Shown: positions 38,000 to 47,544 of the stretch, piece by piece
How the letters are laid out: each line of letters begins with the position of its first letter
Position numbering within the stretch: the first letter of the stretch is position 1
Assembly: GCA_039208735.1 (NCBI GenBank)
Contig: JBCCQY010000001.1
Location: forward strand, 124,021-188,020
DNA: 64,000 bases
DNA from: Myxococcota bacterium
GTDB taxonomy: Bacteria > Myxococcota_A > UBA796 > GCA-2862545
Direction: 5' to 3'
Program-made: the position numbers and the translations under genes
The notes under the pieces: generated by a model
Told to the model about the DNA's origin: nothing
The model's input: the letters and a program-made list of their open reading frames with translations, nothing else
Databases searched by the model: none

Positions 38000-39355
38000 T
38001 CATCGGGCTTCGAGGTTCGGATCGGGGACGTGATCGGGGATGCGATCCTCCAGCTTGCGCACGGCGGGCAGGAGGGCCGAGATCACGGCCGTCACGACCA
38101 ACAGTCCGCCGAGGATCAGATAGGCGAAGGCCATCCCGCGCCCCTCCCCCGTACCGATCAGCTGACCGATACTCGGCGCGAGCCAGCCCCCCTCGGCCAG
38201 CCACGGCTCGAGGACCCGCTCGGCGAGGACTCCTGCGCACAGCACGCCGATCGACTGTGCCCCGACGCCCAGCGCGACCCGCAGCGAGAAGATCCTCCCC
38301 AGGACCTCGGGGGCCGCCTTGCGCTGCCACAGCACGCGGTTCAGCCCAACGGCGAAGATGAAGGCCGCCCCGACGACGACGAACGCGCCTGCGATCAGCC
38401 AGGGATCCTCACGCAGTCCCACTACCATCGTGGCCCCGCCCGCGAGCCCCAGCGCGCCGATGATGCCGTGCATGGTCCGCTGCGGACCGCCCCAGGTCGC
38501 AAGCCCGATCCCGCCGAGGATCGAGCCCACCCCGAATGCCGAGACGATCAAGCCGGCCGCCTCCTCGGTGGAGAAGGTAAGCACCATCGGAGTAACCAGG
38601 GCGTAGCCAAAGCCAGGTAGCAGCAGCATCGTCCAGGTGACGAGTCCCATCAGGTAGAGAAAGGCCGGGCGCTCGACGATGTACTGGATGCCGAACCAGA
38701 ACTCCGCCCACAGACCGGCCGGGCCGGCCATTGCGGGAGGCCGCGGCACGGCCGACGCGAGTAGCGCGAGTACGCTCGCTCCGAAGGTTACGAAGTCGAC
38801 GACGAAGATCGCCCCGAGACCACCCGCTCCGACGAGCAGTCCCGCGAGTGCAGGGGCCAGGACGGCCTCCAGGCCCTGCACCATTTGGACGAGTCCTGCC
38901 GCGCGCTCGAGCCGATCCTTCGGGACCATCAGCGGAACGCTGCTCTCCAGCGCGGGCAGGATGAAGGCGTTGGCTACGCCGTTTAGGAACAATGCCACGT
39001 ACAGATGCCACAGCTCGAGCGCGTTCCCGAAGTAGAGCAGCGCGACGGCCAGGGTGCTTGTGCTCGCCGCAGCATTGGCCACGATCATCAGGCGCTTGCG
39101 GTCGAGGCGATCCACGATCGGCCCTGCGACGAGGGAGCCGAGACCCAACGGGAGCACCGCGAAGAACAGCAGCGTGCTGAACGCCTCCACATCCCGGGTG
39201 GTCTCGAACACCCAGATGCCAAGGCCGAAACGTGTCATTCCGCTACCGATGCTCGACAGCAACTGCCCCGAGACGATCGCACTGAACGCGCGCTCACCTG
39301 AGAACAAGCCGGACCGCGCACCGGCGGGTGATCGGTCCGGAGACTTGCTTTCCAT
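38000..39355 (-). CDS. MFS transporter (DHA3/macrolide-efflux-like)
   Basis: GQLLSSIGSGMTRFGLGIW, AGPIVDRLDRK, LGRIFS, IGTGEGRG; ~12 TM. Confidence 0.9.
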   Translation of the reverse strand: MESKSPDRSPAGARSGLFSGERAFSAIVSGQLLSSIGSGMTRFGLGIWVFETTRDVEAFSTLLFFAVLPLGLGSLVAGPIVDRLDRKRLMIVANAAASTSTLAVALLYFGNALELWHLYVALFLNGVANAFILPALESSVPLMVPKDRLERAAGLVQMVQGLEAVLAPALAGLLVGAGGLGAIFVVDFVTFGASVLALLASAVPRPPAMAGPAGLWAEFWFGIQYIVERPAFLYLMGLVTWTMLLLPGFGYALVTPMVLTFSTEEAAGLIVSAFGVGSILGGIGLATWGGPQRTMHGIIGALGLAGGATMVVGLREDPWLIAGAFVVVGAAFIFAVGLNRVLWQRKAAPEVLGRIFSLRVALGVGAQSIGVLCAGVLAERVLEPWLAEGGWLAPSIGQLIGTGEGRGMAFAYLILGGLLVVTAVISALLPAVRKLEDRIPDHVPDPNLEAR

Positions 39356-39371
39356 CAGCGTTGACTCCATA

Positions 39372-39401
39372 TTGATAATGAATTTCATATTCATTTATCA
39401 A
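39372..39401. promoter_or_regulatory. Fur-box-like operator (copy 3) upstream of MFS
   Basis: TTGATAA-tgaatttcatattcat-TTATCAA; 25/28 identical to the core of copy 1. Confidence 0.75.
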
Positions 39402-39452
39402 CTGAACAGCGGCGGTCAATCAACCCCCAACGTGTGACGTTCCCGAGGCCCG

Positions 39453-39583
39453 GTTCCTTGCCCTGATCGATGAAGCGACGGCCCTGGGGGCTTCCATCGG
39501 CGAGCTTGGCGCGCCCCGGCGCCGCGCGTTTCTCGAGCGACTCGTCCGTCGAACGTTGCGGACCTCTGCATGAATGATCCACG
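39453..39583 (+). repeat. Direct repeat copy B: remnant of TetR 3' end joined to the VOC start
   Basis: Matches 24422-24527, then 24614-24637, with ~85 bp missing between. Confidence 0.9.
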
Positions 39584-39738
39584 TTCGAAGCAGCCGCGAG
39601 ACCCTCGTGCAGTACTGCCGGTTCAGAATGCGAGTGAAAGGCGTCTCGTCGATGGCCAAGACTGACCATCAACGGGCCATGGATGGCCCTGTGCAGGCCG
39701 ACCCGCACCCCCTACAGGTTTGACCGAGGGTATGCGGC

Positions 39739-40803
39739 ATGTCAGACGGTGAGAAGAACGGTCGGTGGCTCGGATGGACGATGGGCTTGGTCCTGCTTGG
39801 GCTGCTCATTCCGGTGGCCGGTACAGCGATGGTCCGAAGGCTCGCGAACACCGATGTCGTCCAACAAGTCATGATTCGTCGGGTGCTGCAGGACGACCGC
39901 AGCGGCCTTTTTGAGGACGGACGCCTCCACGTCTTTACGCTCGGTACGGGCTCGCCGCAGCTGGGGGGGACCCGGATGCCCGTTGCCACTGCAGTCATCG
40001 CAGGCGACGAGTTTCTGATCCTGGATGCAGGAGAAGGGGCCAGTCGCACGATTGGCGAGCTACGACTTCCTATTGAGCGAATCACGGCGGTGTTCATCAC
40101 CCACTGGCACTCCGACCACTTTGCGGGTCTGGGACAGATCCTCAACCAGTCCTGGAACGCCAACCGAAGCCACGAGGTCCAGATTCACGGACCGGTTGGA
40201 GTTGAGCGTGTCGTCGATGGCTTGGCTTCGATCTACCGGGACGACATTGCGTACCGGTCGGCCGGTGAAGTCGAACGTCACAACCCGGATTGGGCCTTGG
40301 GTAGGCCCATCACCATCCAGATTCCGGACGGCCAGCCAGGCCGGGTGGTCTTCGAACGGAATGGGGTGGTGGTGAAGGCGTTTTATGTGGATCATGGCCA
40401 CGTGACACCGGCGTACGGCTACCGTGTCGAATACAACGGCAAGTCGGTGGTCGTGAGTGGCGACACGATTGTTTCGCCCAAGACCATGGCAGCGGCTCAA
40501 GGCTGTGATCTCCTGGTCCATGAGGCCGTGAACGTGAGGCTCATGACCAATGCGGCCACCGTACTCCGCGAAATGGGCCAGCCGGCGGAGGCTGATCGTG
40601 TGGAGGGCGTTATCCGTTACCACGCGGACACCCTCGGAGTCGCAAAGTTGGCCACAGAGGCCGATGTTGCGCAGCTCGTCCTGTCGCACATCATTCCGGA
40701 CGCGTCCAATCCGTTCTTCGAATCACTGTTCTTGGACGGTATGGACCAGCACTTTGCAGGGACCATCGTCCTCGCGTCCGATGGCCAACACTTCGCGTTG
40801 TAG
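39739..40803 (+). CDS. MBL-fold hydrolase, RNase Z/arylsulfatase-like, N-terminal TM anchor
   Basis: LGTGSP, DAGEG, THWHSDH, VDHG, SGDT, LVHE, YHA, LSH. Confidence 0.88.
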   Translation: MSDGEKNGRWLGWTMGLVLLGLLIPVAGTAMVRRLANTDVVQQVMIRRVLQDDRSGLFEDGRLHVFTLGTGSPQLGGTRMPVATAVIAGDEFLILDAGEGASRTIGELRLPIERITAVFITHWHSDHFAGLGQILNQSWNANRSHEVQIHGPVGVERVVDGLASIYRDDIAYRSAGEVERHNPDWALGRPITIQIPDGQPGRVVFERNGVVVKAFYVDHGHVTPAYGYRVEYNGKSVVVSGDTIVSPKTMAAAQGCDLLVHEAVNVRLMTNAATVLREMGQPAEADRVEGVIRYHADTLGVAKLATEADVAQLVLSHIIPDASNPFFESLFLDGMDQHFAGTIVLASDGQHFAL

Positions 40804-40886
40804 GGGACAGGTTGCTCGCGGGTTGGCCTTAACGCAGAGGCTTTCTCACCTGCCTCTGTTGGGGATAGGTGACCATGCAACGACGG

Positions 40887-41255
40887 TCAGGGGGTGATGA
40901 GCGTGCACGTTGCGCCGCCGGGGACGTCCTCACACTTGGTTTTCGCGTCATTCGCGCAAGGCAAGCAGCTGCACCTCGCGGGACAGTCGCAACCCGAGGG
41001 CGCCTTTTCGCAGGAGTAGACAGGGCGAGAGCCATAGGGTCCCGGAATGAACTCACTGCAGTATTCCCCTTCCACGCAGGACAGATCCCCACACGTGAAC
41101 GTCACCTTGGGATCGCAGTCCGCGTCTGTATCGGCATCGGTGTCCGTGTCCGTGTCCGTATCGGTATCTGAGTCCACATCAGTGTCGGCGTCCGCACCGG
41201 CCGAGTCCGTGGATTTGTCGCTCCCAACACAGGCCAACAGCACAGCTATCCACAT
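40887..41255 (-). CDS. Small DTD-repeat, Cys-rich lipoprotein
   Basis: GGAGG RBS; lipobox LLAC; (D-x)13; Cys-rich C-terminus CGDLSC..GEYC. Confidence 0.72.
   Translation of the reverse strand: MWIAVLLACVGSDKSTDSAGADADTDVDSDTDTDTDTDTDADTDADCDPKVTFTCGDLSCVEGEYCSEFIPGPYGSRPVYSCEKAPSGCDCPARCSCLPCANDAKTKCEDVPGGATCTLITP
41115..41192 (-). repeat. Coding Asp-x hexamer repeat
   Basis: DADTDVDSDTDTDTDTDTDADTDAD. Confidence 0.85.
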
Positions 41256-41299
41256 GGATCCTCCCTCCTGATGCAGGGTTGCTGGGGCTTTGGCGATCG

Positions 41300-42637
41300 T
41301 CAACTCTCGACGTCGGAGGTGCGTCTCTCCAGGTGGAGCGGCAGTCCGTCACGGGGCTCCTGAATCGGAACGCTCTGGTAATCCGCCACATATCCTTCGG
41401 GTACGGACCATCGAAACCGCCGTAGGATGTGCACGAGGATCAGACGCATTTGCAGGTCCGCGAACGATGCGCCCAAGCAGTGGTGCGCGCCCGCGCCAAA
41501 AGGGGCGTAGGCAAAGGGGCACGTGCGGTTTTCCTGGCGGGACTTCTCGAATCGAGTCGGATCGAAGTCGTCGGGCTCGGTCCAAACGCGAGGGTCACGG
41601 TGGTGGCGTTGGAGGGGAAGCTGAAGGGTGCTTCCCTTTGGCACCTCGAAACCCTCCACCGTCTGATGCGTCAAGGTCGTTCGGGGAATGACGATGAGGG
41701 GGGGATAGAGCCGAAGGACCTCCTGTAGGACTCGACCCATCTGGGGCAAGGCTCCGCGGAGGGTCGCGGTGTTCAAGGGCGTCCCATCGAGGTTCGAAGC
41801 TTCGTTTCGAAGACGCTCCTGCCACGCGGGGTGCTTGGCCAGCAGGTACACCACGCTTGTGAGGGCACTGGCCGTGGTGTCGTGGGCCGCCATCAGGATG
41901 AAGATGAGGTGGTCGACGATCTCTTGGTCGCTCAACCGGTCACCATGCTCATTCTCGGCGCGGCACAGCATACTGAAGAGGTCAGACCCTGGATTCTGCC
42001 GACGCAGGCCCACGTGCGACAGGAAGAAGTCTTCCAACCGTTTTCGCGCCCGCCGCCCTCGTCCGTAGACCGTAAAGGGCAGGTTGATAGGAAGGGCAGT
42101 GGCGGCCTTGACCACGGCCGAAATGTCCTTGCGCACGTCGTGGTCAGGATCGGAAAAGTCGAGTCCAAAGAACACGCGGCCAGCGAGTTCGAGCGTGAGT
42201 CGTTTCATGGCGGGGAACAACTGGATTTGCTGTTCCCAAGATGACAGGTGCGCTTCGATGACCTCGGGCATCTTCGCGAGGTAGCCCTCGAGAGGTTCTC
42301 GACCAAAGGCCCCCCGTAGGATGCCCCGGTGGTGGGCGTGCCGATCTCCGTCCATGAGCATCAGCCCATTGGGGAAGAGGGTGCTAAGGCCCGACTCCCA
42401 GGCGAGTTGACTGGAATACGTCCCATCGGGATCGACGAGCACCCGACGGTTGTGTTCAGGATTCTGGAGCGACACAAGCCATTGGCCAGCCACTTCGTAC
42501 TGAAAGACCTCTCCGTAGCGGGCACGGCCTCGCTGCAGTAGTCCAACCGCATCCTGCAAAAACCGCCAGGTTTGGCCGAGCCACGGCAGCCCGCGAAGCC
42601 GCGGCACGGGTTTTCCTTTTTGGCGGTCCATCGTCAT
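41300..42637 (-). CDS. Cytochrome P450
   Basis: I-helix AAHDTT, EVLR, FDPTRF, heme motif PFGAGAHHCLG. Confidence 0.95.
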   Translation of the reverse strand: MTMDRQKGKPVPRLRGLPWLGQTWRFLQDAVGLLQRGRARYGEVFQYEVAGQWLVSLQNPEHNRRVLVDPDGTYSSQLAWESGLSTLFPNGLMLMDGDRHAHHRGILRGAFGREPLEGYLAKMPEVIEAHLSSWEQQIQLFPAMKRLTLELAGRVFFGLDFSDPDHDVRKDISAVVKAATALPINLPFTVYGRGRRARKRLEDFFLSHVGLRRQNPGSDLFSMLCRAENEHGDRLSDQEIVDHLIFILMAAHDTTASALTSVVYLLAKHPAWQERLRNEASNLDGTPLNTATLRGALPQMGRVLQEVLRLYPPLIVIPRTTLTHQTVEGFEVPKGSTLQLPLQRHHRDPRVWTEPDDFDPTRFEKSRQENRTCPFAYAPFGAGAHHCLGASFADLQMRLILVHILRRFRWSVPEGYVADYQSVPIQEPRDGLPLHLERRTSDVES

Positions 42638-42759
42638 GTCCGGTTCCCCTGACGTCCGGTCCAGAGTATGCGCGAATGCATACCTCGGCTGCAAGATTGG
42701 ACCATCCTCGATCTTCGGTGAGCCCCATAGATCCTAAATAGCATCAGCGGGAGTCACTC

Positions 42760-43494
42760 ATGTCGACTGAAACGTCCTCTCTTCCTGTCCAACGCCGCGA
42801 GATTCGTCGGGTCTGTATCGTTGGGGCGAGCGGTAAACTGGGCCAGTACATGGTCCAACATGCGCTCGACCGGGGATACGAAGTCGTTGGGGTTTGTCGA
42901 GAGAAGAGCGTCGGCAAACTTGAACGGTTTGGCGATCGAATTGAAGTCATCCCAGGCAAGACCAACGACCGTGAGGTCATCCGGCGCGCGGTGAAAGGGT
43001 GCGATGGTGTGCTCACCGTCCTCGTTCCGTGGGGCGTTCAACAATACTCGTCTGGCACCGCTCAGGCCGTTCTCGACTTTGCCGAACCTGGAGCGCGGCT
43101 TGCGTTCTCCTGCGGATGGCACATCACGAAGGACGGCAAAGACGAGTACTCTTGGGTTTTCACGACGGTGGTGGCGGTGGTCGCATGGTTGGCACGGCTC
43201 TTTCGACTCGTTGAACTCGACGACCAGATCGAAGCGTGCCGTCGCATCTTCGAGAGCCCAACCTTGTGGACCGTGGTGCGTGGCAGCGACCTTGAGGAAG
43301 GGGACAGCGAGGGCCTTCCGGTATGGAGCCGGCACGTGCAGGACCCGATCCTGGCGAGCAATCTCACGCGCCGTGTGGACTTTGCACTGTTCATGGTCGA
43401 TTCCCTGACCAACGATGCGCTGATCCACGAGGCCCCGGCCATTGTGAGTCGAGCGAGCGAATCGGCTCGCAGGGTTCGCGCTTCGGCCGCCTAG
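42760..43494 (+). CDS. NAD(P)-binding oxidoreductase (atypical SDR, BVR-B-like)
   Basis: VGASGKLG, ALDRGYEV, WTVVRGS, RVDFALFM. Confidence 0.85.
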   Translation: MSTETSSLPVQRREIRRVCIVGASGKLGQYMVQHALDRGYEVVGVCREKSVGKLERFGDRIEVIPGKTNDREVIRRAVKGCDGVLTVLVPWGVQQYSSGTAQAVLDFAEPGARLAFSCGWHITKDGKDEYSWVFTTVVAVVAWLARLFRLVELDDQIEACRRIFESPTLWTVVRGSDLEEGDSEGLPVWSRHVQDPILASNLTRRVDFALFMVDSLTNDALIHEAPAIVSRASESARRVRASAA

Positions 43495-43691
43495 CGCCCG
43501 CGCCGCAATCCACACCGCATGGTTGCCGAGACGTGCAAGAATGGCGCACAGACGTCAGGCCGGGAGTGGTATGTCTGCGTCGGGTAGGAGGAACCCGCGC
43601 ACAACCTGCCTGCATTAAACTCGCGTGAGCGGCATTAAAGAAGCTCGCACAACCTTCTTCCCTCGCCTACCGATCCGCATCGAGGTGGACC

Positions 43692-44738
43692 GTGATCTGG
43701 ATGTGCGCAGCGGCGGTGGCCGGAGGGGGCCTCTGGCCAGAGGGAACAACGCTCTACGTCGGAGCGGACGGGAAGGTCTTCGACGTGACCGGCGGTGGGT
43801 CGTTCATGCCGCGTGACATCGTGGCAGACCTCGAACGCTACGTTGCAGGTCAGGTGGCCTTTACGGCCGATCGCCAGCTTGCGTTGGTCACATCCATCAA
43901 CACCGGCGAGGTCATGGGGGTGACCCCCGAGGGCACGTTCGCGGTTTTCGCGACGGGACTTGCCCAGCCCAGCGGCATCTGGCGAACCGTGTCGGGTCGA
44001 ATCATCGTGGCCGAGTTCGACGATGGATCCCTCATCGACATTACGGCGGGCGGTTCGTTTGAGGACGCCGTTCCTGTAAACACCGGCCTGTTCGCGCCTC
44101 GCTGCCTTGCCGAGTCGCCTGATGGGACGCTGTTTGTCTCCGATCAATACTCGGATGCAGTGTACATCGCCGACCTTGGTGGTGGACCGGTCACATTGTT
44201 TGCCGCGGACATGCCCTCGGTCCGGGGAATCGCGTGGCACAATGGCGCATTGTATGCGGCGTTCAATTCGCAGATCGTGGACATTACAGCGGGAGGAATC
44301 CAGACCGGGGCCATCGCGTTTGCCACTGGCGCCGAGTTCTTCTCTCTGGCCGCAACCGGGGATGGCCGACTGGTTTCGGGAGAACTCTTCGGCGCGGAAC
44401 TCTATGATGTCACGGCAGGAGGAAATCTCTCGTCGGACGACCCATGGGCCACCTCATTGCCGATTGGTGAGACCAACCTCGGCACGGCACCTCCCGATCC
44501 GAACGATGTGGTTCCTACCCCAGAAGATAGCCATGTGGACACCGGCACCGCGCCACCGGTCCTACCGGTCCCCCCTGCCGCGCCGGTGGACCCTGGGACC
44601 GATTCGCGCGGGGGCTGCGCATGCGGACCCGCTTCGATGGCACCTTCAGGCCTGCCCTGGCTCGTGGTCCTGGTCGGTCTTGGAGGCGGGAAGGTCCGCA
44701 GCCGGAGAGCTTCCTCCAGTGGCCGGCGAACCCCTTGA
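43692..44738 (+). CDS. Surface beta-propeller protein with MYXO-CTERM sorting tail
   Basis: Repeats DVTGGG/DITAGG/FATGL; C-terminal GGCAC + hydrophobic stretch + RSRR. Confidence 0.75.
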   Translation: MIWMCAAAVAGGGLWPEGTTLYVGADGKVFDVTGGGSFMPRDIVADLERYVAGQVAFTADRQLALVTSINTGEVMGVTPEGTFAVFATGLAQPSGIWRTVSGRIIVAEFDDGSLIDITAGGSFEDAVPVNTGLFAPRCLAESPDGTLFVSDQYSDAVYIADLGGGPVTLFAADMPSVRGIAWHNGALYAAFNSQIVDITAGGIQTGAIAFATGAEFFSLAATGDGRLVSGELFGAELYDVTAGGNLSSDDPWATSLPIGETNLGTAPPDPNDVVPTPEDSHVDTGTAPPVLPVPPAAPVDPGTDSRGGCACGPASMAPSGLPWLVVLVGLGGGKVRSRRASSSGRRTP

Positions 44739-44800
44739 GGACCGTGTCGTCCTCAAACTGAATCTCTCAAGAGGTGACTTGGAACCTCGAACGGCGTTTG

Positions 44801-45064
44801 TCACTCTTGCGGCGGGTTGATCATAATGTGGGCTCCTGGGGTGCCAGGAAACATGATCCAGGGCCCTGGGATATAGACCACGTAGCGAAGGTAGGCATCG
44901 GTGACCGTTTGGGTCGCCGGGTCGAAGCCTGAACCGGTCAATACGTACAGCGTCGCAGGTCCGAGAGAACGGTGGTCGCACGCGACGCTGAAGCCCTCGT
45001 CGTTCGCCTTGTCGGCGATGCACTCGAGGTCGTTGGTCCCTTGGTGCCAGAGGCTATCATGCAC
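44801..45064 (-). pseudogene. Fragment of a conserved hypothetical protein, apparently internally deleted
   Basis: GTNDL.C.AD, FSVAC.H, TLYVL.G, LRYVVYIP, PWIM.PGT..AHIMI.PP packed into 87 aa; no signal peptide. Confidence 0.45.
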
Positions 45065-45079
45065 GGAACGGACATCGGA

Positions 45080-46069
45080 TTACCGCGCGAGAGCCACCAG
45101 CTCGGCTACGCGATGCGCGACCGACGCTCCTTGCTCGGCCACCTCGATCGCGTCTACGATGCCGCGGTTGACCGGAGTGGGAATGGCGTGACGTTCACCC
45201 AGCGCAACGATTTCGCCATTGAGCAGGTGTACTTCCGTGCTCCGTCCCCGTTGCAGGTCTTCCCACATCGACGAGCGAGCCTCGGGGTCAACCGCCACGA
45301 TGCGACGGGCCACCCGCAGGAAGAGCCATGTGGGCAGGCGAAGTACGGTCACGAGCACCCATAGCGGCACGGGGATGAAGGCGGTGGGCACGATGCCTTC
45401 GGCCTTCAGAACCTGTCGTCCTTCGTCGATGGCCGCAGCAAACACCCTGCGCAGACCACGATCTTGGAATTCCTCCAGCAGTGGAACATCGGCGAGGGCG
45501 TTAATGGCGTTGTTGAGGTTGAGGAGCAGCTTGCCCCAGAGAACCGCCCGGATGTCGTCCTTACGGGCCACCTCGAACCCGGCGCGTTGGAGGCGTTTCC
45601 CAAGATCGGTGGGAAACTCGTGTTGCACCGACAGTGGGCCCCCCGTCCCGCGCAGAAAGTGTCCCTCGCCTCGTCGGAGGACATTGAAGCTGACAGAGCA
45701 CGACCACACGGCTCTCGGCCCGAGGTGTTGCCGCAGGGTCGCCGCGGCCGAAACTCCGTTTTGCAAGGCGATGACGACGGCATCGGGCCTGAGGAACGTG
45801 GCGAGTTCGGCGCCCACCTCGTCGACGGCAACCCCTTTCACGGCCACGAACACCACTGGACAATCGGAAAGGACGTCGGCCGTCGTGGCCCAGGCGGGAT
45901 GGCCGACGTGGCGAAACACCCCGTCGAGGCCAACGAGATGCAGTCCGTGCAGGCCGAGTTCCTCACCAAGGGCGGCGCGGCCGACGAACACCACGTCCTC
46001 CCCGGCGTGCGCCAGCGCCCCACCGACGTAGCAACCGATCGAACCCGCACCCATCATGCCAATCTTCAT
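45080..46069 (-). CDS. panE: 2-dehydropantoate 2-reductase (ApbA/PanE family)
   Basis: MGAGSIG, VAVK, LQNG, LWGKLLLNLNN, SSMWEDL, EV..LNG. Confidence 0.85.
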   Translation of the reverse strand: MKIGMMGAGSIGCYVGGALAHAGEDVVFVGRAALGEELGLHGLHLVGLDGVFRHVGHPAWATTADVLSDCPVVFVAVKGVAVDEVGAELATFLRPDAVVIALQNGVSAAATLRQHLGPRAVWSCSVSFNVLRRGEGHFLRGTGGPLSVQHEFPTDLGKRLQRAGFEVARKDDIRAVLWGKLLLNLNNAINALADVPLLEEFQDRGLRRVFAAAIDEGRQVLKAEGIVPTAFIPVPLWVLVTVLRLPTWLFLRVARRIVAVDPEARSSMWEDLQRGRSTEVHLLNGEIVALGERHAIPTPVNRGIVDAIEVAEQGASVAHRVAELVALAR

Positions 46070-46107
46070 GACGGTAGCCTACCGTATGGACTCGGACGCT
46101 CAGAGCG

Positions 46108-47472
46108 TCATCTGGCGCCATGTCCAGGGAACCAGCCCCCATGGGTTCCGATGGGCACTCGCAAGTCGGGAATCCAGATGTTGGCGGCCGGCTCGCCCGA
46201 GAAGTCCTGGGCGTTCAGGATCGTGAGACGAGACCGGTCTCGGCCGGGGTCGTAGGCAAACCCCAACAGCCAGCCGTCGTCCTCGGAGGTCGCTCCGGGT
46301 CGGGGAACGAAGGTGAGTTCGGACGCCGAGCCGCCGTCGAAGGACTGGTGCTCCACCGTGCCGGCCACGACATCGAGCTTGACAGCGCCTTTAAAGGAGG
46401 GTTCGAGAGTGGCTTGTACGGTGTAGCCGAAGCGATAGCGCCGACCTTGTACAAGAGGACTCACCATCGGAAAGTCGAGTGGCAGCGCTGAGATTCGTTC
46501 TTCCTTGGCCCGCTGGGTGGACCCGTCAAGCGGCAAGGTCCAGCGGTCGATCGTAGGAAGCGTGTCGCCAAGCGGACCGTAATGGTCCCGTTCCGAGGCT
46601 TTAGGGTACCGACTGACGTCAATGACGACATCCCCCGACTCGGTTTCGTAAGCATTGAGTGGGTGATAGACGTAGCAAGGTTCGACCTCGAACCATCGAA
46701 CATCTGCTGCGGTACCCGCTTTGGGCAGCAAACCGATGCGAGCGGGCTTGTCCGGCGCCCACGTGATGGGAAGCGTTGTTCGGCTGGCCAGACGCGCGTC
46801 AAAGACCACGTTGAGGTCGTAGATCACAGCAAAGCGCTTGGTGATCGACATGTCGTGGATCTGAGTCGCGCCGGATAACGGCACCCGTACCTGATTCAGG
46901 AGGCGACCGTCTGGAGACAGCCGAACATACAAAGCGTCTCCGCGAAGCGATTGGCTGTACACCACCCCGTGCACGTCACCATCGTCAGGGTCGATCTTAT
47001 GGTGACCCGTGAATCCGAACGGCAAGGCACCGTCGAGATTGCTTCGACGGACCGAGGCGAGTTCGGAATCGAGTTCGACAAGGCTTGGCCCAGCTTCCAT
47101 CGACGCATACAAGGTGGACCCAAACATCACGACGTTGGTGTTCGGCGATGCGTCCATTCCGTGGTTCACCGGACCACCGACATCCGGTTGTCCGAGTAGC
47201 ATCGAGACATTTGCAGCGCGGACGGCCCGACTCCGGTACCAATGCGCATGCCCCTCGGCCAGTCGTACGCCGTGCACCATGCCGTGGCCGCTGAAGTAAT
47301 GGAGGTTCGGCGGGGTCTCACCCAGCTGGTTCGGCCCATTGCGGACGTACATCCCGTCCAACTCTGGAGGGATTTGCCCCTCGACCTCGAGCGCGGTGTG
47401 CGTGGATTCCCGGTCGATGGGCGTGAGGGGAATCCGTTGGTATCGCTGGTTGTTGGTAATGTCCTGCGCCAT
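46108..47472 (-). CDS. Carotenoid cleavage oxygenase family (RPE65/CCO)
   Basis: VEGQIPPELDG.YVRNGPN; four Fe-ligand His in FTGHHK, IHDM, VYHP, GTHGGW; EDDGWL; AAGGAG RBS. Confidence 0.92.
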   Translation of the reverse strand: MAQDITNNQRYQRIPLTPIDRESTHTALEVEGQIPPELDGMYVRNGPNQLGETPPNLHYFSGHGMVHGVRLAEGHAHWYRSRAVRAANVSMLLGQPDVGGPVNHGMDASPNTNVVMFGSTLYASMEAGPSLVELDSELASVRRSNLDGALPFGFTGHHKIDPDDGDVHGVVYSQSLRGDALYVRLSPDGRLLNQVRVPLSGATQIHDMSITKRFAVIYDLNVVFDARLASRTTLPITWAPDKPARIGLLPKAGTAADVRWFEVEPCYVYHPLNAYETESGDVVIDVSRYPKASERDHYGPLGDTLPTIDRWTLPLDGSTQRAKEERISALPLDFPMVSPLVQGRRYRFGYTVQATLEPSFKGAVKLDVVAGTVEHQSFDGGSASELTFVPRPGATSEDDGWLLGFAYDPGRDRSRLTILNAQDFSGEPAANIWIPDLRVPIGTHGGWFPGHGAR

Positions 47473-47544
47473 CTCGTCTCCTTGTGGCGCGGAGGTTGCG
47501 CGCACATCGATGGATAAGGCGCACGACGGTGCACGATGCAGACA

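Noticed and set aside
25067..39355. Iron block as an active mobile element or siderophore biosynthesis cluster
   Set aside because: No integrase, transposase, tRNA target, NRPS or NIS synthetase in the window
39356..39394. MNMKFIINMESTL N-terminus of the MFS
   Set aside because: Lies within the Fur-like operator; ATG at 39355 has a GGAG RBS
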